Positions 12,101 through 24,654 of a stretch of 64,000 nt of DNA are shown here, in pieces. This stretch comes from Selaginella moellendorffii (taxonomy: Eukaryota > Plantae > Lycopodiophyta). Position 1 is the stretch's first letter; every line of letters starts with the position of its first letter. Both the position numbers and the translations under genes were made by a program. A model generated the notes under the pieces. The model had not been told where the DNA came from. It saw nothing but the letters and a program-made list of their open reading frames with translations, and did not search any database. The stretch covers positions 2,521,839 to 2,585,838 of the forward strand of contig NW_003314267.1 of the NCBI RefSeq assembly GCF_000143415.4. Reading direction: 5' to 3'.

Positions 12101-14080
12101 ATTGGATGACATGTGGCAATCTTGGCCCCAGATGATAAGTCATATTCAAAAAGATCAGCATACTCCTTAATGAGCCAGTTAACCCTTGCAACACAAAGAC
12201 TGTCGGAGGGATTGGAAAAGGGAAGAGTGGAACAAGATGGAAACATAGGAGGAAGTAGTAGGGAGATAAAAATAATGGAAGCAAAGGTAAAAATATAGAG
12301 ATGAAGTACAAAAGTGAGAGGAATGGATGAAATATAAGGAAATATGAGATAAGGGGCAGAAGCCTCAAAGTCACACTTCGCATGATTGTGCTGCAACCAA
12401 TCCATACCAAGGATGAGGTCAAAAGTTGACATCACTTGCAATGACTATAACCCAAGCACGAGATTGCCCACATGCACAACTAAGTCCACTTCATCCCATG
12501 CACATGCATGTGTACGATCATTGCCATAAAAAACTCTACCACACAACACAAGTGTAGATAGCAATGTGTGGCAATAGGTCGAGCAATAGAAGATAAATTT
12601 GAATCTATATCAACCAACATGGAGAGAATAATAAGAAACCTCTTGTTATAAAAATGAACTTGGAAAGTAAACACTGAATGAACTAGTGCCGAGTAAACCC
12701 TTTGATAATACTCTTGAAAGAAAGATGGAAAGGTCACTAACTTATTCATGCAAGGTCCCTCTGTTACTTGTGTGATTCCTCGTTTCCCAGATACATCTCG
12801 GTATCCAGACCCTCCACTACAGCAACACTAATAGAACGTTGTTAACACCAAGGTCTCCACCTAGGAAATGGAGGCTACTAATCTGGAAAATGCTGACAAC
12901 GCTGATAAGTGTGACCAACTTCATCATATACTTAGCAATGAACATCACGGCCACGACCACATCCTCTCCCTTGTTTTTAGGCTCGGATAGTAGTAGCATC
13001 AACTTTCATTGGAACAAGACCATCACCCATAGAAAGTGGAACTGAAGGATGTGTAGCAAAAAGTGGAAGAGGTGACATCTCATAACGTTGTATCAAGCGA
13101 AGAACATCATCAAGGGTGGCTAGAGCAAGTGTATACATAAGTCTGACAAGATCTTGATGAAGTGTTAACCACAACATTCCTAACTTGATCCACTCTGATA
13201 TATTTGGCTTCGCACGAAGCAAGAGGCTTTAGAAATGAACACCAAATTGCATCACCAACTCAAATGTCCCTTAACAAAGACAATGCAGTTATTGGAAGAT
13301 GTCATCAGAATTTTCGGCATGTCAGAATGTGTGTTTGAAGACATCCGGGAGAACACTATAATCCCTACGAGTGGTTGCACTCAAACCATTGTACCACTAC
13401 AGTGTCATCCTTTAAAGACATGTGGGAAACTCATGCAAATATCAAGCATCATCCTAAAAATGATATATGGCAATCACTGTGAAGTGATCAAACCAATAGT
13501 ACATATTATCCCCAAGATTCCCACAAAAGAATTTTGGCCGAATGCAAGGATTGGCATCAAGAGCAAGAGGAGTTATACCACATGTTGTGAATATCATTAT
13601 CAACTGAGTTTGGTTGTTTAATTGCAAGCACATAGCATCAAGCAATTGTACCAACTACTGCTCTAGAGTTAAAGGAGAAAGAAACTACTACTTTGCCATG
13701 AAGATGAATGAAAAAGAAAGAGTTAAAGAAAAAAAATGAAAAAAAACTAGAAGGAAAGGGAGATTTAGATAATGCAAAAGCTAAATCCTAGAAAGAACAA
13801 AAGAAAGGAAATGGAAAAAGCTAGATTTAGATGTAGATCTAAACTAAAATTCCAAATCTAAGCACTCTTTAAAGACAATCCAAAGTGCCCCTCATCTCCA
13901 CCAATGTGAATGCATACAATATGGAAAGGGAATATAGAAAATATGTATATCAATTAACCCAAAAATCCTAATTTATATACAAGAGTGAGTGGTCCAGATT
14001 GAAACCAATCCGACAACTACCAAAATCCCATTGCACTAATATTAGTATATGGCATCATAGCTGTACACTTGGACCTCACA
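9169..14080 (-). mobile_element. Degenerate Ty3/gypsy LTR retrotransposon with short LTRs (Selgy-like non-chromovirus)
   Basis: LTRs at 9169-9332 and 13905-14080, 4-bp TSD ATAG, and a PBS at about 13888-13903. Fragmented gag, protease (FDLILGMDWL), RT, RNaseH (DAS..LGGVL..EKECLAVV) and integrase (CVWCQ..PFEFVAFDFMEPFP) in gypsy order. Confidence 0.92.
13888..13903 (-). promoter_or_regulatory. Primer binding site complementary to tRNA-Ala 3' end
   Basis: TGGTGGAGATGAGGGG immediately after the 5' LTR. It pairs with the tRNA-Ala end ..CCCCGCATCTCCACCA (from memory) with one mismatch. Confidence 0.8.
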
Positions 14081-15442
14081 ATAGAAAATAAAATTTAAGA
14101 TGATTTCTTAATAGAATATTTATTGTTGATATATCTAATATTATCAAATTTTATCTTTTCAATTTGATAGATATATCTGAAATGAAAAATACATTAGATT
14201 TAATCTCATTTTATAAGTAGCACTTCTAAGAAAACTTTAGTGGGATTAGGGTTTAGGGTATCTCTTTAGTAGCTAAAAAATAACTTTGCCAAGCTTCTAA
14301 TATCATAGCTCCTAAACTAAAGTTGAGCAAGCTTTAGTGCTATGGTTGTAAGAGCTATGGCCAGGTTATGGCTGCTATGCCATGATCAGGCTCAATGTTG
14401 TGAATGCGATTGCAAGTATTAAAAATTACTTGTCATTAAATACTTTTAAATGTTATTTTTTTACTATCATGATAGCAAGAGGTCGGTATTTCTAGATCCT
14501 TTATCAGTCTCCACTCAACCTAATTGAGAAATTGGTTATTACATGTGGATTTGGCTAAAAGAGTATAAAAATGAAATTTCTAAATGCTATTAGTCAAGCA
14601 TATTTGATCTAGTTAAAGAAATTCATTAATTGATTTGCACTTGCTAGTGTTAGGACCTTTGTGATATTAAGTTTGATCCCTCAATACTTGCTAAATGATA
14701 GTTTATATTATTTGCCAAAACACCCTTGCTATTATACCCTATTTTTTTAGTTTTATTGGTTATTTATGCAAAATCTCTAGATTTGCTAATTAGAATGTAG
14801 AGATTGTCCTAAATATATTAGGCTTATAGTACCTATATCTTCGTATTACGCCACTAATATGTTTAAATAATACTAGATTTTATTTGGCTCTATTTTGCAT
14901 ATTAATCTTGATATTTGGATGTTGGATGCTCTAAATTGTTCTAATGTCATTCCATGCTCCTGTCCCTTCATTCGTTAAGCTGAATGCTCAAAAGTTATTC
15001 TATACTTTGGTTGTTTCAATCTTTGGCTATATGCTTAGAAGTTTGGCTCCATTCTTTCGTTTAGTGGCACAAAGCCTTGAAATTTATATTCCTTTGCATT
15101 GCCTTTGGATATGTGGCCAAAGGTTTACATGTAGTTATCTTATAATAAATCACTATAAAATAAAGGGTGAAAACAAGTTGCCAAATTTAGCACTATCCAC
15201 TAAGAAAGCTACTAGGGAAGAAAATGAGATTGTGCTAGATCAACATTCCATTTGACAACTTACCAACTTACCAATGCAAGTGAAAGCCTCATCTTTTTTA
15301 ACTAGTATGTATTGTAAGAGGATCCACAACATATTTATTAGAATTGGCATTTCAATTGAGTTGAGTAGTATGTTTTCTTTCTCATTGCCTCTTAATTGTA
15401 AAAGCCACCACCATCACCAAGATTGCCACCACTAAGCCTACT

Positions 15443-16493
15443 TGTAAGCCACAAATTTTTCCTTTCCAATTTGCCAACTTACCTCATCTATCCGACCAAC
15501 ACTGTCTTGGCTTTGAGCTAAATTCCCTCGCCAAGGTTCTCACCTATTGTACCAGCTCCTACTTAATTCTACTTGGTTTTAACTACTCACTACATGAGCA
15601 ATGGAGCATTAGCCATCCATCCACGGATTCCCAAATCTCTCCCAATCCCCCTCCCCGGGTTAGATTGAACTTAAAGTTTGGCTACACTCCCTGCAAGCAC
15701 AAGCAGCCAAACACACCAAACCTCCAGGTTCCTAACATCCCTTAGTACAACAAAACTTGATCATGGGACCCTTTAAATCCCAAGCCTTGAGTGCAACACT
15801 TGCTTCAGGATGTTAGGGCAAAACACCATGGCCTGATGGTCTGGTAGTGAGGCACCACTCCATATGAGTCGAGAGCATTACAGTCGGTTTCCCTTCCGGG
15901 AGTGGAAGCTACTCTTGAGCACTTCCTTGGCTGGCCCCTCTAGCACCACCTGAGTCCATGCTCACTCCCACCCAAGGCCCCTCAGTCCCAATTTCAACCT
16001 CAAGTCAGTTTGGAAGCACCACTAGAGATTTCCTTCAAAACTAGTTCCTAAACCTCACTATCTCTATTATACTTTTGGAACCCCCTACAGCCAGCCCCCC
16101 CCCCCGGGAGACACACGCTTTGGGCTTCCACCCCTTGACCTGTATTAGTACTTGGACTCGGTCTCGGACTCGATCTCGGACCCGACTTCAGACTCGGTCT
16201 TGGACTCGATCTAAGACTCTACCTCGGACTCGATCTCAAACTCGACCTCGGACTCAACCTTGGACTCGGTCTCGAACCCGATCTCAGATCTCGAACTCTA
16301 TCTTGAACTCGGTCTCAAACTCGGTCTTGGAGTCGGCCTCAGATTGGATCCCAGACTTTATTTCGAACTCGGTTTCAGAGTCAGTCTTGGACTTGATCTA
16401 GGATTCGGTCCCATTCGATAAACTCTTTATCATTTCAATCGTGCTTTTGGGGATCCTTTAGCCTACGACACCTTAGGGAGTTAGTTCCTTACA
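15443..16493 (-). mobile_element. Solo LTR (about 1.05 kb) related to the long LTR at 55708-57284
   Basis: TGTAAG...CTTACA termini and a 5-bp TSD CTACT (15438-15442, 16494-16498). Internal GACTCG/GTCTCG repeats and a GCCCAAAGC..TCCAAAAGTATA motif are shared with 56290-56350. Confidence 0.8.
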
Positions 16494-16692
16494 CTACTCC
16501 AATTCTCTGCAATATTATGATTTCTTGAGGATTAAAGATACAATGAAGTGGTTATAAACTATAACTATAAATAATGGTAGTAAATAAGACATTGTCAAGG
16601 ATGCTAATAAGAAGAGGAGGTTGCCCATCTTCCTATCCATCTTAGAACCTTGAAAATAAGCATTTAAGTGTAGATGGTATAAAAGATGATAG

Positions 16693-17735
16693 TGTAAACA
16701 ATTAAAAAGAATGATTTAAGAGATGATTCATTAGAGTTTAAATATAATGGCTTAAATATAAAGAGAAAGGGCCCATAAATAAAAGTGCATTCTTTTTTTG
16801 AATTAGTTAAGGGTTTTAGGATATTTGAGGTTAAACATCCTTGAGTTTGAGTAGTAGTAAGCTAGGTAACTTCATAGGAAGTCTAAATTTATGAGCTTAC
16901 ATTTTTCAAATTAAAAATAATATTTAATAATAATATAATAAATTTAATTTTTCTCAAAAATAACTTACTAAAAATTTAAATAATCAAAAGGAATAGCTAA
17001 AGAAACAATCCATAAAAATTTATATAGAGAAAAAAAGCCTATAAATAAAAGTGCACCCCCCCTTTTTAATTAGTTAAAGGTCTTAGAATACTTAAAGTTA
17101 AATGTCTTTAGTACTAGGTATGAAGTTTAAACTTAAGAGTTTATATTTGGGATATTTCAAGTTAAACATCTTTGGGTTTAAATAATACTAAGTTGGGTGA
17201 CCACCTAAGAGATTCAAACTTAAAAAGTTTATATTTGGGATCTTTAAAGTTATATGTCCTTGGGTTTAAATAGTACTAAATTGGGTGATTTTTTAGGAAA
17301 TCCAAATTTAAAAAACTTACCCAAAGGGTAGAGTATTAAGAGATTGGGGTTGTCAAAAGAATTATAACTCTTAATTTCTATTTAGAAAGGCATGAATTTG
17401 TAAGGAAATATGATGGATTATAAATAACTAAAGGGAATGTCCTAGGAGGTTAAATTTAAAAAACTTATATTTTATAAGGTATTAAAAGAGTGGGGTTGTC
17501 AAAAGAAATGCAACTCTTAACTTCTTTTCACAAGAGTGTGAACTTGTAAGGAAATATGATAAATTATAAGTAATTAAAGAGAATGACTTAAAAGATAATT
17601 TATAAAAGTTTAAATATAAAGAGAAAGGGCCTATAAATAAAAATACACCTCCTTTTCCAAATAGTTAAGGGTTTTAGGATATTTTGATTTGAGAAGTACA
17701 GAGTTGGATGACCTCTTGGAAGTCCAAACTAATGT
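16693..17735 (+). mobile_element. Degenerate tandem array of Cassandra-like TRIM LTRs and short internal domains
   Basis: Several AT-shifted copies of the 195-bp LTR at 54691-54885: 16693-16901, about 16975-17145, 3'-half duplicates at 17146-17320, and about 17565-17735. Two copies of a short internal segment (GGGGTTGTCAAAAGAA..TTGTAAGGAAATATGAT). Confidence 0.75.
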
Positions 17736-19069
17736 ACCAATAAAAAAAAGTTTTGCAAATGAGGAAAAAAACACTAAAAACCTAAGAATAATAAAGACCG
17801 GGAAATAACAAAAGAAATGGGAAAAAGTAAAAGGCAAAGAGGAAAGATTAAATGGCAGATTGAAGGATTATCTATAACTTATATTCATGGCAAAGCAACA
17901 TACTCTTTCTTTAACTATAAAGTAGCAATTGTTACACTTACTAGATGCTATATGGTTGCAACTTACTAATTAGACTAAGTTAATAATAGTATTCATAACA
18001 TATAATGTAGTTCCTCTTGGTCTTACTACCAATCTTTAGATGGTAAATTCAAGGATAAACATATACCCCATGAAATTTTTATTTATCTTCAAAGTTATCC
18101 TTAAACTTTAAATTCTTTATTAGTAAAAATCTATTCAAACTTGTAAACATCGTTTTCCTATAAGATCCAAGAACTAAATTGCACAGCTCATTTTCATCAT
18201 AGAATAACATACTCCTTGAGCAATAATTGGTGTAGTTGCTTAATGCTATGTAGTTGTAATTAATTAATAATACTTAGTTGATTTTGGCATTCATAGCATA
18301 TAGTGTAGCTCTTTCTGCTTTTGCTACCAATACTTTAGATGGCAAATTGAAGGATGGACACCTACCTCATGAAATCTTTAATTTGTCTCTAAAGTTATCT
18401 TCAAATAATCAAATTTTTTGTTAATGGGAATCCACTCAAGCTTGTGAATATTGTCTTCCTATAAGCTTAATCTTTAAATACTCTCCAAGAATTGAATTGC
18501 ATTATCTGTGCTTCTCCAATTGACATTATATTAACAGAAGATGGTAAAACACTAAGAATAGAAGTCATGTAATTATACCTCACATAAGTTGAAAATGGAA
18601 ACACACCGAGAAGCATTAATAAGATCATACCTCACATTATCAAAAAATCAATCTAAAGAGGATATAGTAGTAGAAATAACATTGCCATATGACAATAATG
18701 ACATCCATTATAACCTTAAATGATATACCCTTCAATCAATGATGACATAACATGGTGGAAGAAGGGAATGCAATGAAAATTAAAGGAAAAATACAATATT
18801 AAATCTAGTGAAAGAGAATACAAATCTAAATCTAAAAGAGAACAAAAGAATAAGAACAAAAACACAATCCTAAACACTAAGCAAATCACTAATATAAGAC
18901 TTTGCCTTCCAAAGATAATTTGCATTGCCCCTCAACTCAAATGTGAATATTCAGGATATGGGAATAAGTATGTTAAGGTGTAGACCCCTGCTTATATACA
19001 TGAATGAATGGATTAAATTCAATTCAATAGATCATCCATATACTATACTATTATAATTAGTATATTATG

Positions 19070-19120
19070 CGCTCTCTCTCTCTCTCTCTCTCTCCCCCCC
19101 CCCCCCCCCCCCCCACCCCC
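19070..19120. repeat. (CT)n microsatellite followed by poly-C
   Basis: Directly visible. Confidence 0.95.
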
Positions 19121-19686
19121 TTATTTATTAAAATATTATAAATTCATAAAAATCAAATATGCTGCACAGCACAGTAAATTATTTAAGTTATTTGTAATCA
19201 ATTTTTAATAACTTAGAACTAGTAAACCTATTTACAAAAATTATTTATTTAATTTTAAGATAGAATTTTCAAGCTTTAGTGTGAGAGAAAAACAATTAGT
19301 GACTTGCTCTAGAGAAGACAAGAGCACCATCATCAAGTTAATGACATTTGTTCTATTAGTTTACAGAGAAAACTCAAAAGATTGCCTGGCAAATTGATGA
19401 AGTGAAATCTGGTAAGTGTAAGTTAACTGTGGAAGAAGAGTACCTGGACAATAGGTATTTAGAGGTATAGATTGTCATTCTACTTGTATACAATATATAG
19501 TGATTCATTAGTGCATACCAGGTGGAACCTTTAAGCATTTTGTTGATACTATTATTGGTGTACTTTTTATAAAAGCTATTTTCAAGAGTATATATGGCAC
19601 TAAAGGTAAAATAAATATTTATTATTTTTAAACTAATATAAAAATTTATATTGGAAGAAGCGTTTCATATTTTTTTGTCACCCATG

Positions 19687-20853
19687 TTAAGTCACACAAT
19701 AAGGATAGTGCCTTCTTTCATCAAATAAACTAGCTACAGTAGCTTCCATTTCACTTGCTGCTTTCACAGCTTCGGCTACTTCGGGTGACTTGTCAAATTT
19801 GAGGTGTGTATTCAATATAAACAGAGCTTCTCTTGGCAATACTTCCGCTGTTAGTCTCTCCGCCAGCTTGAGACACGTCTCCTTATCAGCTTTCTCTAGG
19901 TTGCACCATGCCTCGAATAGCAACGTCACTCCAATATTACACTGCATATCTAGCACACTTCGTAGAGATTCAGGCAAAGGGTAGGAACCTTTGCCTGCTA
20001 GCTCAAACAACATAACAGCCTCGGCATCCATTGGAATCATCTGGGATATGATATAATCGTTTAACTTGAGCAGACCAGCCTTCAAGCCAGATGCTAAAGG
20101 CTCTTTTTTTGCTGAAATATCCCTGCTACAAGTAAATAGTAGTGCTTCAGTTGGATCCACAATCACTTTAGCATGCATGGCTTCTCTTATGATAGAGAAT
20201 ACAACTTCATCACCTGTGGCTGCATCCAAAGCTGATTGATATGCTCGTTCTGGTTCAACCATCTCAAGCAACAAATGGAGAGTTTCTCTCCAGCCATATC
20301 TGTCAACTTTGCAACCGCATGTGCTGATCAATAGTTCTGGATCCACCATACCATTTAATGTGAATGCCTCCTTGCAAATCAACTGCTTAATAAGCATGGA
20401 ATTGTCCAGGTTATTATCCAGGACAACTTGGCTGAACTCTTGTTTTGCCACTAACATTGGGTGTTCCCGAATCATGTCAAAGAAGAGACTTTGCATATAA
20501 CTGCTGTACATCTTCCCCAGATTGCACTTTGATAGCAAGGTAAGCACGTTCAAAAGGACCTTGGGTCCACATTTGTAACCTTTCTTCCTCGTGATGTCCA
20601 TCTTTTCAATGAGCTGTTCAAGTGACAAGTCGAAGATGTCATAGGGATAACTAAGCACCTCTTCAAACGTGTCTTGATCACAAGTCTCATCCAGAGTGTC
20701 CAGAGCTTGCAATGGCAATTTTTCTTTGAGGAACCTCCTTGCCATCCTATTATGCCCCCTGCCCGTGCGCTTGAAAAACGTCCATGCACTCGAGAACGTT
20801 GCCCTATCAATGATTGCATCAATTACCTCGTCTGGGAAGAGATGATGTTCCAT
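19687..20853 (-). CDS. Intronless orphan protein (388 aa from first ATG), possible F-box-like N-terminus
   Basis: Long open frame with N-terminal LFPDEVIDAII resembling an F-box start. A degenerate paralog lies at 34092-34803. Confidence 0.65.
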   Translation of the reverse strand: MEHHLFPDEVIDAIIDRATFSSAWTFFKRTGRGHNRMARRFLKEKLPLQALDTLDETCDQDTFEEVLSYPYDIFDLSLEQLIEKMDITRKKGYKCGPKVLLNVLTLLSKCNLGKMYSSYMQSLFFDMIREHPMLVAKQEFSQVVLDNNLDNSMLIKQLICKEAFTLNGMVDPELLISTCGCKVDRYGWRETLHLLLEMVEPERAYQSALDAATGDEVVFSIIREAMHAKVIVDPTEALLFTCSRDISAKKEPLASGLKAGLLKLNDYIISQMIPMDAEAVMLFELAGKGSYPLPESLRSVLDMQCNIGVTLLFEAWCNLEKADKETCLKLAERLTAEVLPREALFILNTHLKFDKSPEVAEAVKAASEMEATVASLFDERRHYPYCVT

Positions 20854-21169
20854 GGCAAGCCCATCACAAAACTCTCTACTCAACTATGCAGTGTTCACTG
20901 TCACATACAAAACCAGATCTCCCTTTCCCTGCATCTTCTTTGCTGAACCAGCCCTTCTTGCTAAACCCTTCTTGCTAAATACCCTTCTTAGCTTCCTCTC
21001 ATGATCTCTTTGTTTGTTCTTTAGAAACTTGGGAACATCTCTTACTGGGCTGGAGCGGAAGAGAAGGACGAGAGAGTGCTTGTTCCGGACCTTGGTTCGC
21101 TGACAAGTATCCATGACAGGTAAGCTTGCGCATAAGTTCTTCGTGAAAAAAGATGTGTTCTTGCTGCTC

Positions 21170-22410
21170 CAGCTTCGTCCGGACGACACTTCCCCATCAG
21201 CGGTGATGAGATTCTCGGCCTCTTTCAACCGCCCAGCTCTTCCAAGAAGATCCACGGCGCAAGCGCGGCGGCCTTCTTGCCCAGGACGCCTCCATCGCTC
21301 CCACGCAACCCAGCGCCTCCTCCGTCCAGGAATCCAGATTGCCGGCGCGCAGAGAGAATGCTCAAGAAGGTGATAGCGTTTGAATCGACGCCTTCTTGCT
21401 GCATCCGGCGGAAGAGAGCGAGGGATTCTTCGCCGCGGCCGTGGTGGGCGCACGATTCTATCATGGAGCTCCACGAGATCACGTCCCTGTGCTGGCCGCT
21501 GCGAAATATTCCCAATGCAGTGGTCTCCAGGAGGCCAGATCGATCTTCTCGAGAAGCGTTCTTGATCTCCAAGAAGGATGAAAAGCCCGATCCAACAATC
21601 CTGGAGTGGATTTCCCGGACGCTACTCAAGGAATCAGAGCAGGCATTCACGATCGCGACGAATGTGACTCTGTCTGGCTTCACACCTTCCAAATCCATCC
21701 TGCACAAGAGCTGGAACGCCTCCTCCTCGCGGCGTCGTCCAGGAAACGGCATCTGGACGCTTCATCTCGAAGAGCCGGAGCGCAGCACCGATTCTGCTAC
21801 CCTGCGCTAGCGCCGCGATCGTCGCGTTCCCAAGATAAGTTCACGTCCGATTCTCACGTGCTGGAAGACGCTACAGGCTTCTTGAATTTTCCCGCTCTTT
21901 GCAAGCATCTCGGGCGAGGATCTCATTCTCTCGATCCAGACGCCGATCGCCGTGCACGCGCCAATCGCTGTGCTGAAGCTAAATCCATCCGGCCTCACTC
22001 CCATCTGATGCATCCTCCAGAAAAAATCTCCAAGCCCCTTCTCCCCTCCCCATTCCAAGAACACACAGCCATGAGCGAATTCCACACATCGCTGTCGATC
22101 TCCTGCTCTTGGCACGAGAGCGATCTCGCCTCGTCAATCCAGCCTCATCGGCCATACGCATGGATCAGCGCCGCGAAGCAATCCATGGCCTCGTCGAAAT
22201 GCCCGTGGCGGGCAAATGCCGCGATGGCGCTGTTCTTGGCGGCTATGGCGGCCAAGCACGACACCATCCTCGAGGCTGCCGCATCTGGCGTACATTTCCA
22301 GTAGGAGATTGGCGATGAATGTGTTGGTGGTGTGGCCATCGTGATCTATTAGGGCGTGGAGCTTCCTGCCATCGCCAAGGCTTCACTAGGCAGCCATAGC
22401 CATAGATCCA
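21170..22410 (-). pseudogene. PPR pseudogene, deleted inverted copy of 32319-33989
   Basis: Near-identical blocks (AIAAFARHGHFDEAMDCF, MDLEGVKPDRVTFVA, SGQHRDVISWSSMIESC) separated by many deletions. Confidence 0.9.
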
Positions 22411-22492
22411 GCAGGTGAAAATTTATAGAAGCTCAATATCTTTCTTTAGCTATAGGTTAGTATATAGTTTTTCAACGGTTGCCTTGTCGACA

Positions 22493-24601
22493 ATGGCGGA
22501 TGCGGCAGTGGTCGGAATCGTCACTTTTGGGGAAGGCCGAGTTGCGTACAAGACCCTGAAGTCGGCAGAATTCAAGTGTGAAGATTTGGTGAAGCCCGAT
22601 GCTGTGACGGTAATCCCCTATCCTGGCATAGGTCCAGTAGGTTTGCGACCAGGAGGGGAGATCAAGTTCATTGGCAGGGAAGCAGTGAGGAAACTATTGG
22701 AGATGCATGAAGTGGGAGCGCCAATCTACGTGACCGGAGCCAAAGGCATTGGCAAGAGCTGCACACTGCGTGCGATAGCTGCCGCTCTCATTAACCAGAG
22801 CGAGGAGAACGAGAAGATCATCTGCATTTGGGACATGAAATGGGCGCTCTACAATCACATGGAAGCTCTGCGGAACGCGCTGTTATTTGCGTACTGTGAG
22901 GACGAGGCAGCGTGCAGGACGATTTCGCAGCTGACTTCTGTACAGGAGGTGTGTAATTTCCTTTCCGACAGGCGGCACCGCAGCGGGGAAGTTTTCTATT
23001 TCGTCATCGATCGTGCAGAGTCGCTTGATAGAGTGCGATCAAACGGCGAAGAAATGGAACACAGGAATCAAATGAAAGCACTGTTGTGTAGAGTTGTCAG
23101 GCTTGGACGTTGTTGCATATATGGTGTCTCTCCAGCTGCAACAGACATTGGTGACCGCTCCCTGCAGCAAAGCCAGTACCACATGTCGTTGGGGTTTAAA
23201 GATGTAAGTTCTGCTTGTGTTTCACAGTTTCTGTGGTTCTCTAAACTTTTGTGTATGTAGGCCTCTTATAAAGCCTTCATGGATCAGTCCGTCCTTGGCA
23301 GCCTCTGTCCCGAGTGGAAAGAAGAAGTTGATATCTACGGGGGCAACCATCCGCTCTTCCTTTCCACTCTGGACGAAGCATGCAAAAACTACGCTGCTCG
23401 TATCAATCCGCAACCGACGAAGAAAAGAAAATTGGGTGGCTTTCCGGATGCGGTGAAACCTCCAGATAATTCAGAGACCCTTGAGTGTCTCCGAGACCGA
23501 GAGGACTGGGATGCGGTTCTGCAGCTGTTCATGTGTTCAAGTTCTTTGTCAACCATTGCCAGTGACTGTGCAAGCGTGGTGCGTCGGTGCGGTTTAAGCG
23601 GAGTTTATAACTTGAGCCAAATGATGCAAGCGGATAGGAGATATGTGCTACTGGACAGCCAGCGGCACGTGAAGGACTACTGCACTCCGTATGTCAAGAG
23701 GTTGCACATCGAAGGTTTCAGGGAAGCCGAGCGAGGCAGTTTCAATGGTGGTGCATGGGTTCCATATTGCGACTATCTGCTGAGGAATCCCACGGGTATC
23801 AACTGGAACGAGATGGGCTGGCTATGTGAACATTTGTTCTCGGACGCGCTCACGCACTGTGGTGGTATGGTTGTAGACGACATCCATATCCAAGGCAACA
23901 TCAGAGTCTTGCCATTTTCTTCTCCTCCGAACTATGCAGCTTGGATTGGCGACATTCAGAACAAGGTGGTGGATGGAATTTTCTTCCTTCCATTCCAGTG
24001 GAACTTGCATGCTATTGACGGGGCTCTTGGGTTCAGGGATTCACAAGGCAGGCTGCATTTCTTTGCTCTACAGGCTACAACGAATGACAAATCCCACAGG
24101 CGCAGTGTTGGGGAGTTCATGAATCTTGGAGTGGTGGAGAAATGGATAGCTTTTGAGGAGAAGTCATCGGCATGGGAGCCCAAGGACGACTGGACGTTGC
24201 ATTTTACATTTGTCTGCTTGAACCAGTCCGCCCCAGTCTCCGTGGATCCAGTGATTAAGCGTCTTCCAAGTGGGAAATACTACGGCATGGCTGGACACAC
24301 AGTTCATACAGTCACGTTTCAGGATGCTTTTCGCCACACCTTCCAAGACAGCCTCGGGGAAAAGCTCGAGCAACTCACAAGGATGCGAGAGCCTTTGGCA
24401 CTCGCCACAGGAGGAGCAGTAGCAACCACTGTATCAGTTCCTAAGTCACTCTTGGAGGAAATCCTTGACTATTCAACAAGGGAGAAGTTGGAGACAATTG
24501 CGAAGGATTACGGGATGGATCCAGCGGTTCACAAAAAATTGAAGAAGGCTGAATTCATTGAAATACTTGCACCCTTTCTACATGACAAGGTTAAAATATG
24601 A
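22493..24601 (+). CDS. Crinkler/RHS-type P-loop NTPase + restriction-endonuclease-fold protein with C-terminal HEH/Rho-N-like motif (exons 22493-23203, 23261-24601; about 683 aa)
   Basis: Walker A GAKGIGKS, Walker B YFVIDRAE, GGNHPLF, and nuclease-like FFLPFQWNLHAIDG..FFALQATTNDKSH. C-terminal REKLETIAKDYGM..KKLKKAEFIEIL. One 57-nt GT-AG intron joins the two ORFs in frame. Confidence 0.75.
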
Positions 24602-24654
24602 TAACATGTACCAGCCGTACATCATTTAGTACGAAAGTAACAATCAACACAATC

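Noticed and set aside
17860-19065. About 300-bp diverged tandem duplication and an LTR-like stretch at about 18940-19065
   Set aside because: Too degenerate to assign boundaries or a family by eye.
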